Source: Selaginella moellendorffii (taxonomy: Eukaryota > Plantae > Lycopodiophyta). Taken from it: a DNA stretch of 64,000 nt. Position numbers and translations under genes: made by a program. This document shows positions 44,701 to 56,206 of this stretch, one piece after another. The stretch spans positions 735,510 through 799,509 of the forward strand of contig NW_003314312.1 of the NCBI RefSeq assembly GCF_000143415.4, given 5' to 3'. Every line of letters starts with the position of its first letter. The stretch's first letter is position 1. Under the pieces are notes generated by a model. It saw nothing but the letters and a program-made list of their open reading frames with translations. It was not told the DNA's origin and searched no databases.

Positions 44701-47700
44701 CCTACTTCATTGATGGCCTACATAGTGAGAGCATGCGGCAACACTTGCGTCATTCTCAGCCTACAAAGAGTTTGAAGGAGCTCTTTGATGTGGCTCGTCG
44801 ACTTGACAATGATAAGCACAAGTCTCGCAAGCGTTTGCGGAGTCCTTCTGTCGAGAATCGTCGTGATGATCACCATGGACACAAGGATGGGAACAAGCAT
44901 CACAAATTGAAGTCAGTGGTGACTACTTCGGATGCAAAGGGGTCCAAGAAGTAGAAGTTCTTTGTGAAGAATTATAGACAAGGTTGTCATCATTGCGGCG
45001 AACTTGGACANNNNNNNNNNNNNNNNNNNNNNNNNNNNNNNNNNNNNNNNNNNNNNNNNNNNNNNNNNNNNNNNNNNNNNNNNNNNNNNNNNNNNNNNNN
45101 NNNNNNNNNNNNNNNNNNNNNNNNNNNNNNNNNNNNNNNNNNNNNNNNNNNNNNNNNNNNNNNNNNNNNNNNNNNNNNNNNNNNNNNNNNNNNNNNNNNN
45201 NNNNNNNNNNNNNNNNNNNNNNNNNNNNNNNNNNNNNNNNNNNNNNNNNNNNNNNNNNNNNNNNNNNNNNNNNNNNNNNNNNNNNNNNNNNNNNNNNNNN
45301 NNNNNNNNNNNNNNNNNNNNNNNNNNNNNNNNNNNNNNNNNNNNNNNNNNNNNNNNNNNNNNNNNNNNNNNNNNNNNNNNNNNNNNNNNNNNNNNNNNNC
45401 TTGTGTCGAGGGGCTGGAAGTGTTGGTTGGCAAAACCACACTTGTGGAGACTTTTTATCTCACGGATATCCATCGTGTGGATCTCATTCTTGGGATGCCA
45501 TGGTTGGCAAAGGTGGATCCAGAGATAAAGTGGAGCATTAAGCGTATCTCGCTGGAGTATGGTGGCGTTAAAGATGTGTGGTTTGGCGAGGGCGTTCAAC
45601 CACCAGTTGTTATGCTCTCTGCTACATCTTTGAAACGGGCTTGTCATAATAAAAAAGCACTTTCAAGTTACTTGCTGTTTGTTCGTGACTTGGGGGACCA
45701 AGGCACGTGTGGGGGAGAAGCAGCAGTACAGGATATATTTGACGAGTTTTCTGATGTTTTTCCATATGAACTTCCTCATGGATTACCTCCGTTACGAGGT
45801 GTGGAGCATGGGATTACATTGGAGTCGGGGATGCGGCCAATTTACCAGTGTCCATTTTGGTTAAGTTATGCGCAGGAGCAAGAAGTTCAACGACAAGTCA
45901 AGGAGTTACTTGAGTTTGGATTTATTCAGCCAAGTAAGTCTCCGTTTGGTGCTCCAGTCTTGCTTGTGAAGAAGAAAGACGGTTCAATGCGGTGAAGGAC
46001 AAGATTTACCGTGCTTTAAACAAGAAGACAGTGAAGGACAAGATGCCGATGCCACGTGTGGATGATATCCTGGACAAGCTTGGTGAAGCACGAGTGTTTA
46101 CTAAGATTGATCTGAGGAGTGGATATCATCAGATTGCAATGGATGATGCATCTATCTCCAAGACGGCATTCAACACAAGTTTCGGACATTTTGAGTTTAC
46201 CGTTATGCCGTTTGGTTTGACGAATGCACTGGCCACATTTACTCAGTTGATGACGGAGGTATTTGGGCGTTATCTTCATGAGTTTGTGAAGATTTTCTTG
46301 GACGATATTCTTGTTTTTAGCAAGAATATGGAGGAGCATAGGGTGCATTTGCGCAAGGTTCTTTTGTTACTTTGAGATAGCAAACTTTATGCGAAGAAGA
46401 GCAAATGTGAATTTGCAAAGTCGGAGGTGGAATATCTAGGCCATATTGTGACATCTAAGGGTGTCAAGACAGATCCAGGAAGGTGGCTATGGTGGAAAAC
46501 TGGCCTACACTGACTACAGTGGCCGAGTTGTGCAGTTTTCTTGGTATGGCTAGTTACTACCGACGTTTCCAGCATAAGTTTGCAGAGGTGGCTATTCCTT
46601 TGACGTGGTTGTTACGCAAGAATGTGCCATTCGAGTGGAAGAAGCCACAAGAGGAGAGTTTTGTAGCGCTGAAATGATTGTTGAGCGAGGCTCTAGTGCT
46701 TCGCATTGCTGATCCATTGAAACCTTACGAGGTGACATGCGATGTGAGTGGTTATGCACTGGGAGGAGTTTTTATGCAAGAGGGACAGCCTATTGCATGT
46801 GAGAGTCGAACTTTGAATTCCGCAAAGCAATGTTATTCCACATATGAGCAAGAGTTACTCTCTATTGTTCATGCTTTGTAGACGTGGCGGCACTATCTTT
46901 ATGGTGCAGTGTTCGTGGTGTTGACAGATCACAAACCACTTGTGTATCTTTTCACACAGAAGGAGTTGAACACTAGACAAGCTCGTTGGATGGTCAAACT
47001 CATGGAGTTTGGGGAGTTTCCTATTGAGCATTGTCCGGGAAAATCCAATGTGGTGGCAGATGCTTTATCTCGTGTTCGTCATATGACGACATTACAAACA
47101 CGATTTTGTCATCATTTGAGTAAGGTGGTCAGTGGGTTTGGACAGTTGGTTGAGCATGCTCAGGCTCAGGATGCTGAGGTGGCCTCTTTGCGTGACCAGA
47201 TGGAAGCTCCTTTCTCATTGGTGGATGGGATTCTCTATTACAATGGCCGTGTATATTTGCCACGGGTGGATGCGTTAATTACTCAAGTTTTATTCCACTA
47301 TCATGATCGTCCAGAGGCCGGTCATTTTGGGGGGAAGAAGACGTATAAATTGATTAAGCGCAACTTTTATTGGAGGAATATGAAGGTTGATATCCTCAAG
47401 TATTGTAAATCATGCGAGCTTTGTCAGCGGGTTAAGGTGCCACGAGAGAAGCCGGGGGGACTTTTGCAACCTTTACCTATTCCTCAGAGCCGTTGGTGTA
47501 GTATCTCTATGGACTTCATCACTTGTTTGCCACGAACACAGAGGCAAAAGGAGCAAGTATGGGTTATAGTGGATCGGTTGACAAAGTATGTGCGGTTGTT
47601 GGCTCTTCGGAAGATTGTCACTGCCTCAGACTTGGCTGCGGTTTACTTGGAGAAGGTTTTTCCTGATTTTGGTTTGCCAGAGGACATCATTAGTGATCGA

Positions 47701-48804
47701 GATTCAAAGTTCACCAGTGGATTTTGGAAAAGCTTTGCAAAGGTTATACAAGTGACTTTGAAACTCTCGAGTGGAGATCATCCTTAGACGGATGGGCAAA
47801 CCGAGCGTGTAAATCAAATGGTGGAGGATATGCTACATTGTAGCATTGGTCAAAGGCAAGGACAGTGGGATTTTTATCTTCCGTTGGTGCAATTTGCTTA
47901 CAACAATAGCCAACACAGTGGAACCAAGCTAAGTCCTTACTTTGCCATGTTTGGAAGGCATCCTCAAATAGTAGTGGAGTTGGGATTGCATTTGAGTAAA
48001 GACATTCAAGATAAGCTTGATTCCAAGGCAACTGATCTGGCCACAGAACTTGATGAGATCTTGGTGGTGTGCAAACAAAATTTGCAAGCAGCTCAGGATA
48101 GAGCGGAGAAGTTTGCCAATGAGCATCACCAATTCCAGGAATATAAGGTGGGTGGTCTGATCTTTGTACGCGTGATCTTTCCGTCAAGTGAGCGGTAGAA
48201 CACCTTGGTGCCTTTACGGACAGGGAAGAGTGATAAACTTTCCCATCGATATGCTAGTCCATATGAAGTGCTGGAGCACTTTGGTAAAGCGGCTTATCGG
48301 GTGTGGCTGCTAGCTGGGGTGAAAATTCATCCGGTATTTTATGTCAGCCAGTTGAAAGGTGTACTATTTCGGAGTGACGGGCCCAATGCCTCCTTGATGT
48401 ATACAGCTGTGGAAGATGGACCAGAAGCTTGAGTAGGATTCCCTAGAAAGGGTGATCACAAATTCAACTCGTCCTTGGGACAAGGACTTTGTTGGGGGGG
48501 AAGAATTGTTAGGCGCCAGCTTTGACTACGTGGTCAACGTCAGTCAAAAGGGGGCTCAAGGGTATATGAAGGCATGTTAAGGTAAGGGACTTAACCTACC
48601 CTAGGGCTCACAGTGGAGTGGCGGCGCAATGGAGCTTTTGAGGTAGTTTGGGGGTGGTTGGGTGGTGAGGTGGTGTAGCATAATCTAGGGCAACTAGATT
48701 TTTGTCTTTTTGCGCCGGATCATAACAGTATCTGAGTTGCAGTTGACAGCAAAGTTCAACACATGAGAGTCCTTGGAGGATACTTTCCAGTGGAACACCG
48801 GTAG
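41738..48804 (+). pseudogene. Array copy K5 (subtype A'), frameshifted and interrupted by a Gypsy element
   Basis: A 53-nt deletion at ~42050 relative to K7 shifts the frame. Exon 4 starts at 43827 and resumes at 48733 (..GGYFPVEHR*). Confidence 0.85.
43833..48727 (+). mobile_element. Full-length degenerate Ty3/Gypsy LTR retrotransposon
   Basis: LTRs 43833-44054 and 48507-48727 (TG...CA); PBS TGGTATCAGAG at 44056; PPT before the 3' LTR; gag, PR (DLILGMPWL), RT (FLDDIL), RNase H, INT (ISMDF) order; imperfect 5-bp TSD ATATC/GTATC; many stops. Confidence 0.95.
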
Positions 48805-48969
48805 TTTCGGAGTATTTCGATGTTCTAATTTCCTGCCTGCCAAAAGCATCAACCATGCTTCATGAAAGAACCATAAAGAACTTACCAATTCCCGTTCTGA
48901 ACTTTGAGTAAACACCTATCATCGTTTCATCCTGCGACAAATATCCAAGAACAAAGCTCTCACCATTCT

Positions 48970-49530
48970 TTAGTTTTAAACTTGAGTAGACGGGTGAAGA
49001 TCCCAACCTTTTCGATCTAGCAGCAGCAGTAGCAAGCAGCCTTGGCAGCTCCCGCAGCAGCGTAGACACCAGTAATTCTCGTCGCCACAGCATCGAGGAT
49101 CATTGCTCTCCGCTCAAAGAACGACTTTGCCACTTTCAGCTTCTCGGATCCCCATAGGCTTGTAGACGATCCCGGCAGCTAGCCGCTGCTTCATGACCTT
49201 GGCTGGACGAACGTAAGCATCGCCCAGCTTGGCCTTCAATCTCTTTGGCACCTGAAAATCCGATCGACCACCACCACCGCCCCCCGCTTTGTTGCGCTTG
49301 CCCGGATTCTTGGAGCCGGTGCTCTCGCCGTGCAAGGACGAAGAATTTGCTGGAGCCACACCAGCAAGCGCCTTGTCTTGCTCTTTGATCCCTTCCTTCT
49401 TGGTGTGCTCGGACCAGAGATCGCGCGATGCGAACAATGCTGAGTACGTGGGGCTCTTCTTGGCGTAGAGGAAGGGATTGGGAGAGATCCACCTCGTGGA
49501 TGTAGAGGCGCAACGAGCGAGCTCCACTGC
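48970..49530 (-). pseudogene. Second degenerate copy of the mL80-like gene
   Basis: Colinear with 58589-59314 with multiple deletions. Confidence 0.8.
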
Positions 49531-49698
49531 AAGAATATCGATATCGAGGATGACAAGAAAAGCCATTTCTTATGCCTGATTAAAGTATAATTCCCAGACA
49601 AGACTTAGGATTTATAATTACTCAAAAGAAAAGTCCACGGTAGACTTTTCCCACGCTGCAAAGCAATGGAGCGGCGCTAGTGGTGATCACCGACGAGC

Positions 49699-51932
49699 AT
49701 GGCAGCAGCGAATTTGCTCGAGGCGATTCGAATCGCGGACAAGGTTGGCACAAGATCCACGAACACAAACTCGAGCAAGGTCTGTAGAAACCAATGTAGG
49801 ATCCTCATCGCGGCGGTCGGCTATGTCCGAGACTATCTCAAGCAAATCCAGGATCTCAACTTCGCGAGCAACAGGCGAGCCTTCGTATGGGACGAAACCG
49901 TGGCTGTCCTTAAAAGAGGCCTCCATCTCCTCAAGTCATGCCAAGAGGGCGATTGGATCGCTCGGAGCCTGCTGTTTGAGGAAAGCTGCGATGATTTCCA
50001 GAGCATTTACGCCGAGATCTACAACTGCGTCGAGCTCGTCAGCGTCTATCTCTTTCAGCTGGCACCGTCCACCTCGCACAGATCCAGGATTGCCGAGGCT
50101 TACAACTCGTGCCTCATGAGGCAGAATTCGAGCAGCATGCTGGAAGAAGCCGGAAGGAACGATCGGAAGGAGCTCATGGCTCTCGCAATGAACCAAGAGC
50201 CGGGAAGCCTGACGACCGAGACAGAACGAGCCAAAGAGATACTCTGCTCCATGCTCCTGGGAAACAAGTCAGTGATCAACCACAAGGAACTCAAGCTGAG
50301 AACACACCTGGGACAAGGAGCTTACGGAACCGTGTACGAAGCAATCTGGCTCGGTCACAAGTTCGCGGTGAAAGTCTTCGCTCAAGGTGACACCAGCTTC
50401 GCCAAAGAGCTCGCGGTTCTCGGAGCTCACAAGCATCCCAACGTGTTGCACATTGCCGGCCATTCTTTCGATGGAGAGAAGCGGCAGTACTCGCTGGTGA
50501 TGGAGAAGATGGACATGGACCTGGCAAACTACCTCCTCAAGAAGAACTCCCTCTCGTTGCTGTCGATCGTGGCAGTGATGCTCCAAGTCGCTACTGGCAT
50601 GGCTTGGCTTCACTCGAAGAACGTAATCCACCGGGACCTCAAGCCGCAGAACATCTTGGTTGGCGAAGAAGACAACGATCTCGTGAGTATCAGGATTGCC
50701 GACTTTGGAGTCTCGAGGCCCGATTTCATCTCCTCCCTCATCAGCGAAGCCACCCCCAAGCAAGGCACCAGAAACTTCATGGCACCAGAAGTGTGGACCA
50801 GCGAGCGCTACACGAAGAAGGCCGACGTTTACAGCTACGGGATGCTGAGCTACCAGCTTGTCACTGGAAACATTCCGTTCAAGGTCGGGATGGACATGGA
50901 GCAAGTCCTTCGAGGCAAGCGTCCTGAGATACCAGCCACCTGTCCAGAGTTCCTGTCGCAGCTCATGCGGGAATGCTGGAACCACGATGCGAAAGAGAGG
51001 CCTTCCTTCTCGGATATCTGCGAGCGGCTGAAGCAGCTCAAATCCAGGATCATCACTGGCACCGACTCCACCGACGAGCTACGAGCCAAGTTGGTTGAAG
51101 CAGCCAGGTCATCTTCCTCTTCTTCGTACTCGTCGTCTTCCTCGTCCTCGTCGCACAGCAGGACTCGAGTAAACCTGGATTCTCTTGTCCAAGCGACTGA
51201 GAAGCTTTGGACCCAAAATCCCCCGCCTTCCCGTGTCCAGGTAAACTCTTTTGCTTTATGTAACTTCTGGAGCTCACCACCTTTGGGTTCAGCCGGTACC
51301 ACACCGTCCTCACCACGTCGCACCATTACCAAAACCAGATAAAAGGACCGAGCTCTTCGAACTGGTAAAGAACGGCCTCATCATAAACGCCTTCGAGAAA
51401 GCTCTGTCCCTGAACGATCCTTCCACAGTCTGGTGGCTTTGCACCAAGGTAATCTGTTTACGCTCTCTGGCCGCTGATCACGCCCGTCTTTTGTCAACTC
51501 AGGTAGAGCATACCGTGCTGCTTGTCTTCAGTGAATCGATGCTCATGGCACTGGCCGAGAAAATCAACACCAACTTCACGGAAGACACTGCTCGCAGGCT
51601 GGTCTGGATCGACGGGATTGGCGGCTTGCTGTTGAAAGACGCCAATGGATGGGCATCACCTCGGAAGATGAGGATCCTGGAGCAGCTTTCACAGAACCTC
51701 CACGGTATGATGGCCATAACACCACCAAAGAGTGAGCTGCGCATGACCTTGACGAACATGCTGGAAGGCACCAACATGTGGCTGCAGGTTCGTACATATG
51801 AAGCTCTTCGTTTCTTTCGTTTCCATCTCCTTGATTCACATCGTTTTGTTGCAGCGTGTCCGGGTTGCAGTGGAAAACAAAGTTCGATACATGAGCATCG
51901 CTGGCGGATACTTTCCAGCGGAACACCGGTAG
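49699..51932 (+). CDS. Array copy K6 (subtype B), apparently intact
   Basis: Exon 1 is 49699-51240, followed by a 52-nt intron. Exons 2-4 are open and end RVRVAVENKVRYMSIAGGYFPAEHR*. Catalytic motifs are intact. Confidence 0.82.
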
Positions 51933-53029
51933 TTTCCCTGGCATAAAACATGCTTCACCTTACCCTGTACCGCTTATCTCCTGCCAGCAAAACTTACGAG
52001 AAAAAGAATGAGCTCACCTGTTTTCTACAGCCGTGACCTCTGGCAAGCTGAAGATCTTGCTCTCCGAGTGAAATCGCTTGCTCGCTCGCCCAAACCCTAA
52101 TTTCGCTCAGTTAATGTTTTCTTGAATTCTCACATTACACATATTAGGAGCCCAACAGAAGGGTGAATCAGTGTATTATGCGATAAATTGCCTCTCTATT
52201 TAGTTCTGGTCAAGTAGAACAATCAACATCATCATTGTCTTTTACCATGTTTATTGTGTCTAGCAGCATCACTAATGTAGGTCAGAAAATTATGCAAATA
52301 ATCCGGAGGCTTAGAATGAAGCTAAATTGGACATATCTTTAAGAAGCCAAACGCAATGCATAACCTCTTGAGCTGTTTGTTGCAGAAGTTAGTTGCATTG
52401 AGTTTTTCTCTTCCTTAGTTTTCAACATGGTATCCGAGATCACGGATTAGATCCTGGCTGAATGGAGGAGGAAGACGACTGATCTGGAGCGGCAGTTTTC
52501 TTATTTAGGCAACCCTAAATTGGAGGCAGTTCTTGATCGAGTCCGGCCTGGATTTGAATTGAAAGGGTTGCGGCACTGCTTGCTACCGCTGGAGATGATC
52601 TGATGTCCCTGCTGCTACAAGGGAAGGCTTCCTTGGGCTGGAGATTTGCTGATGCTGCCGAGAGGCTTCTCTTCTTGCTGGGCACTAGGCGTGGAATTGC
52701 TGTGCGCAAAGGGCCTTGAGGCTGATGGAGAGATCACATTTGACTGGGGGAGATGGAGCAAGATGCTGGTTCCTGACAGGTCCTGATACAAGCTGGGCTG
52801 TGTGCAAGCTTGGGTACTTTGGAACGTGCTGCTGCTACTGTTCAACACCACAAGATGCTGATTTCATGAGCTCAGCTTTTCTCATTTTACCATTAGTTTT
52901 TTTTTTTCTGATCCATGGCCTCGGCTGACTGGAGGATGCAGTACATCCACGTGGTGACACGTGGCAGATCTGAGCGATAGAGGTTTTTTTTCTTTTCTTC
53001 CTTAGTTTTCTACATGGACAACACAAGTA

Positions 53030-54660
53030 GCCTGTGAATTATTTAGGTACAACAGAAGAGGATCTAGCCCAGCTTGATTAGAAATTTCCACTGTTGGAGC
53101 CTACATGATCTCTTTTTGTTGGAGACACTTCCAAATGCTGAATTAAGCCATACTGACAGTCATGAATAGACTCTAGCCACCTGCAACATATGTCAATAAA
53201 GCACTTTCTACTGTTGATGATTACTTACATAACAATGCTGAATCAATGGTGCTTGACATACACCTCAGGATCTTCATCTTGCTCCATGATCTCAAGTTGT
53301 GTGCAGTCGATGCATTCTGCAACATTTGGAAGCTTGCATGTGAGGAAACCCTGGATAACCATAGCTAAATCTTCCAAGAACTTGATCAAAAGTCTTCAAG
53401 AGTATCAATGATTGCTTTACAAGTCTCATTCCTAGTCACTGTACTTTCGCCAATTCTGCAGAGCTCTAAGAGTGTGATATACTTGGCTCCACTTCATAGC
53501 TTGTACAAAGTACAACCCAGACTTACACAAAAACTGCTCTACGATAGTTGATATCTTGCTTTAGAATGTGATGGTGTAGGAGATGCACAATACTATTAAA
53601 TGTTGTCTTTGCCATGCCAGAGTTTTGCTTCCAACGAGAACATAGAAGCATAAGGAAGAAGATGAATAACTTGATGTCCATGGCTTTCTCAATGAGAACC
53701 TGTAGGAAAAATCTTTACTCAAGAACAAGAACAAAAGTATTTCAAAAAGACTATACCCAAATGCAAGCTACACAATCTTACCATGCCACTTCTGCTACTG
53801 CATCAAGACTGTGATCTTGGTTGGCCAAGTTGTTGTTTTGTGTTAGCAGCTCGCTCATCTTCCATATGCTGTGTCTCAAACTCCCTCTCCTCAGCTACAC
53901 ATTATCTCTCCTTTGCCAAATGCTACTCCTCAAATCGTATAAAATCTTGGTGCCAAGCACGCTCCTTTATCTCCATATGTTGCTTCATCCTCATCTTCTC
54001 TGCTTCTCTCATTTTCTTGTACTTGGCCTGAGTGCTTCCACCATCAACTCAGTTTTCTTCCTTCCCTTCAGTCTTCAAGATGATTTTTGCTATCTATCTC
54101 TAGTAACATAGAGTGGAATCATCCCAGCTTCATTGTCTCTATTACTTCCATGCATTGTACCACTTTGCACATGATGTTTTAGTGCCATGTGACTACTTCA
54201 CACTAGTTCAACTGGCTGCTGTCTATGATATTCATGGGCTTGATATCTAGCCTGAATAAAGAACTTGCTGTAGCTCGTCAAACATTTCTCGCGTGATCCT
54301 CATTTGTAGTTTCTCTGGGATCAAAGCTTGCTTCCCGTGCACATTAGGTACTCTTGTTATATTTTCTACTCTACTGTTGAGAAGCTTCAGTAAGATGCAC
54401 TCCCACTTCTTGGCTATCGACACCATCTTTTCTCGTTGATCTATGTTCGTTGACTCATCTTTAATCTCATGGAGCTTCACATTGATGAGGAGCATAATTT
54501 CTACAAGAGACCAATTTGGCAAGTGATCTCTTGCTAGTAAAGTTCTTGCTTTTGTTAGTGACGGCCTTAGTAGCAGCAACATGAAGAGATGGCCTAGACC
54601 CGCCAACAGCAAAAGCAACCTCAGTAGCAACAAGAGAAATTTCTGCCACTGCAAGCTTTT
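53030..54660 (-). mobile_element. Degenerate PIF/Harbinger element (Myb/SANT-like ORF plus DDE transposase remnant)
   Basis: Reverse strand: LPNVAECIDCTQLEI...FSIVM*VIINSRKCFIDICCRWLESIHD is Harbinger DDE-like, and PNWSLVEIMLLI...KKWECI is SANT/trihelix-like. TIRs were not identified. Confidence 0.65.
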
Positions 54661-56206
54661 CTATTACTTTGAAAGTTCTAAAAATGCTTGTTTACCTCTA
54701 AAGTTCTTATGCTCCTCATAAAAATCCTTGGCAAGCACAAGTGCTAGAACTTCCAAGGAATGTGAAGTGGAAAAATTGATAAATCACTTTTTTACTTAGA
54801 ATTCTTGCTGGTATAGCTGCTCCCAAATTCTGGCAACAAATTGATGCGCTCCCGCTGCAAAGCAATTCAATCAATCCACACTAAGAACTAAGAGCTAGCA
54901 TACCCTAGATCCGGCCAGCAATTGCTGAGCAGAGTAAATACCTAATACTAGCATTGAAAGAGCCAAGGCACCCCAGACGACATTGTCAATGCCATTGGCA
55001 AATTGCCAAGATGCCAAGCCCAGTATGCAGATGTCTAGCTAAAAATATATGGCACCATATGAATTAATTTTTTATTAGTGGCATATTTTATTTATAATAT
55101 AAATTCTGAATAAATAACAGTCATTAATCCCCAGTTAAGTCATCAGCTTTGATCCCAGCTATGTATGATTCCTTTTGCTCTTGTGAGCCATCTAAATTGC
55201 TGAAAATTGATGTTTTATTAGTTCTTATGTTTATATATGGATCTGGAAATATTGAGAATCCAAAAGCACCCAAAAAAGGGAAAATCCTATTTTAATATCC
55301 AACTTATGATTTGGGGGATCAAAGGGTTATTAAAATAGGAAAGTATAAATTATTTTCCCTTTTTAGGTATAGATTATATCCAATGCTTGGAATATGGAAA
55401 GGGAATACAGAAAATGTACATATCAATTAATAAAATATCAATTTTTAGCAATTTAGATGGCTCATTCTTTCTCTCTCTCAAAGAAGAACATGTATCACAT
55501 ATTAGTAGGAGCAAAAAAATATCACAAAAATACATCCACTATATTACTTACAAGAGTAACTTCAATATTATACAACAAGTGAAAAAGGTTGAGGACTAAT
55601 GTTTACCATACATGTGTGACATATATAATGATGTACTTTAAATTCTGTTAATTCCATATCACCATTTATACAATATTTTCTTGTAGTGTTAAAGTGATAT
55701 AAAAAATATATTTAACTTTTCTTTTACTACATAGGCTGTGATATCTACCATGGATCAAGCTTCCATGATTAGTCACCTTAAACAGACTTCTACAAGCGTA
55801 TTAGAAGAAGAAGTTCAGACTCTTAAACAACTTTACCTAAGAATATAAAATCCAGTTCAAAGAGGAAAGTATGCCTTTTATAGCCTTATTAAACATATTA
55901 TTCCCCAGGAGCAATGGATATTTCTGCACGCCCACATTGGCAAGTTGGATCAAACACAATCACTTAGCAAGTTGGCCTCAAACACAATCATGTTTCTCCA
56001 ATAACTACACCAATAGCACTACTTCTACAACTCCACCAAAAAAATATCAATAGCATTACCCCTTGATCTTGCCACTATGGAGAACAAAACGTGCCATGAT
56101 ACTAGTTTATATTTTCGAAGCGCAACTACACATGAAATTTCGAAAAGTCAACAATCATTTTCCAGGATATAGCTTTCCAACATCAATCGGCGCTGGTGGT
56201 GATTGC

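Noticed and set aside
44913-45647. ORFs spanning N runs (also 37511-37726)
   Set aside because: Artefacts of assembly gaps.
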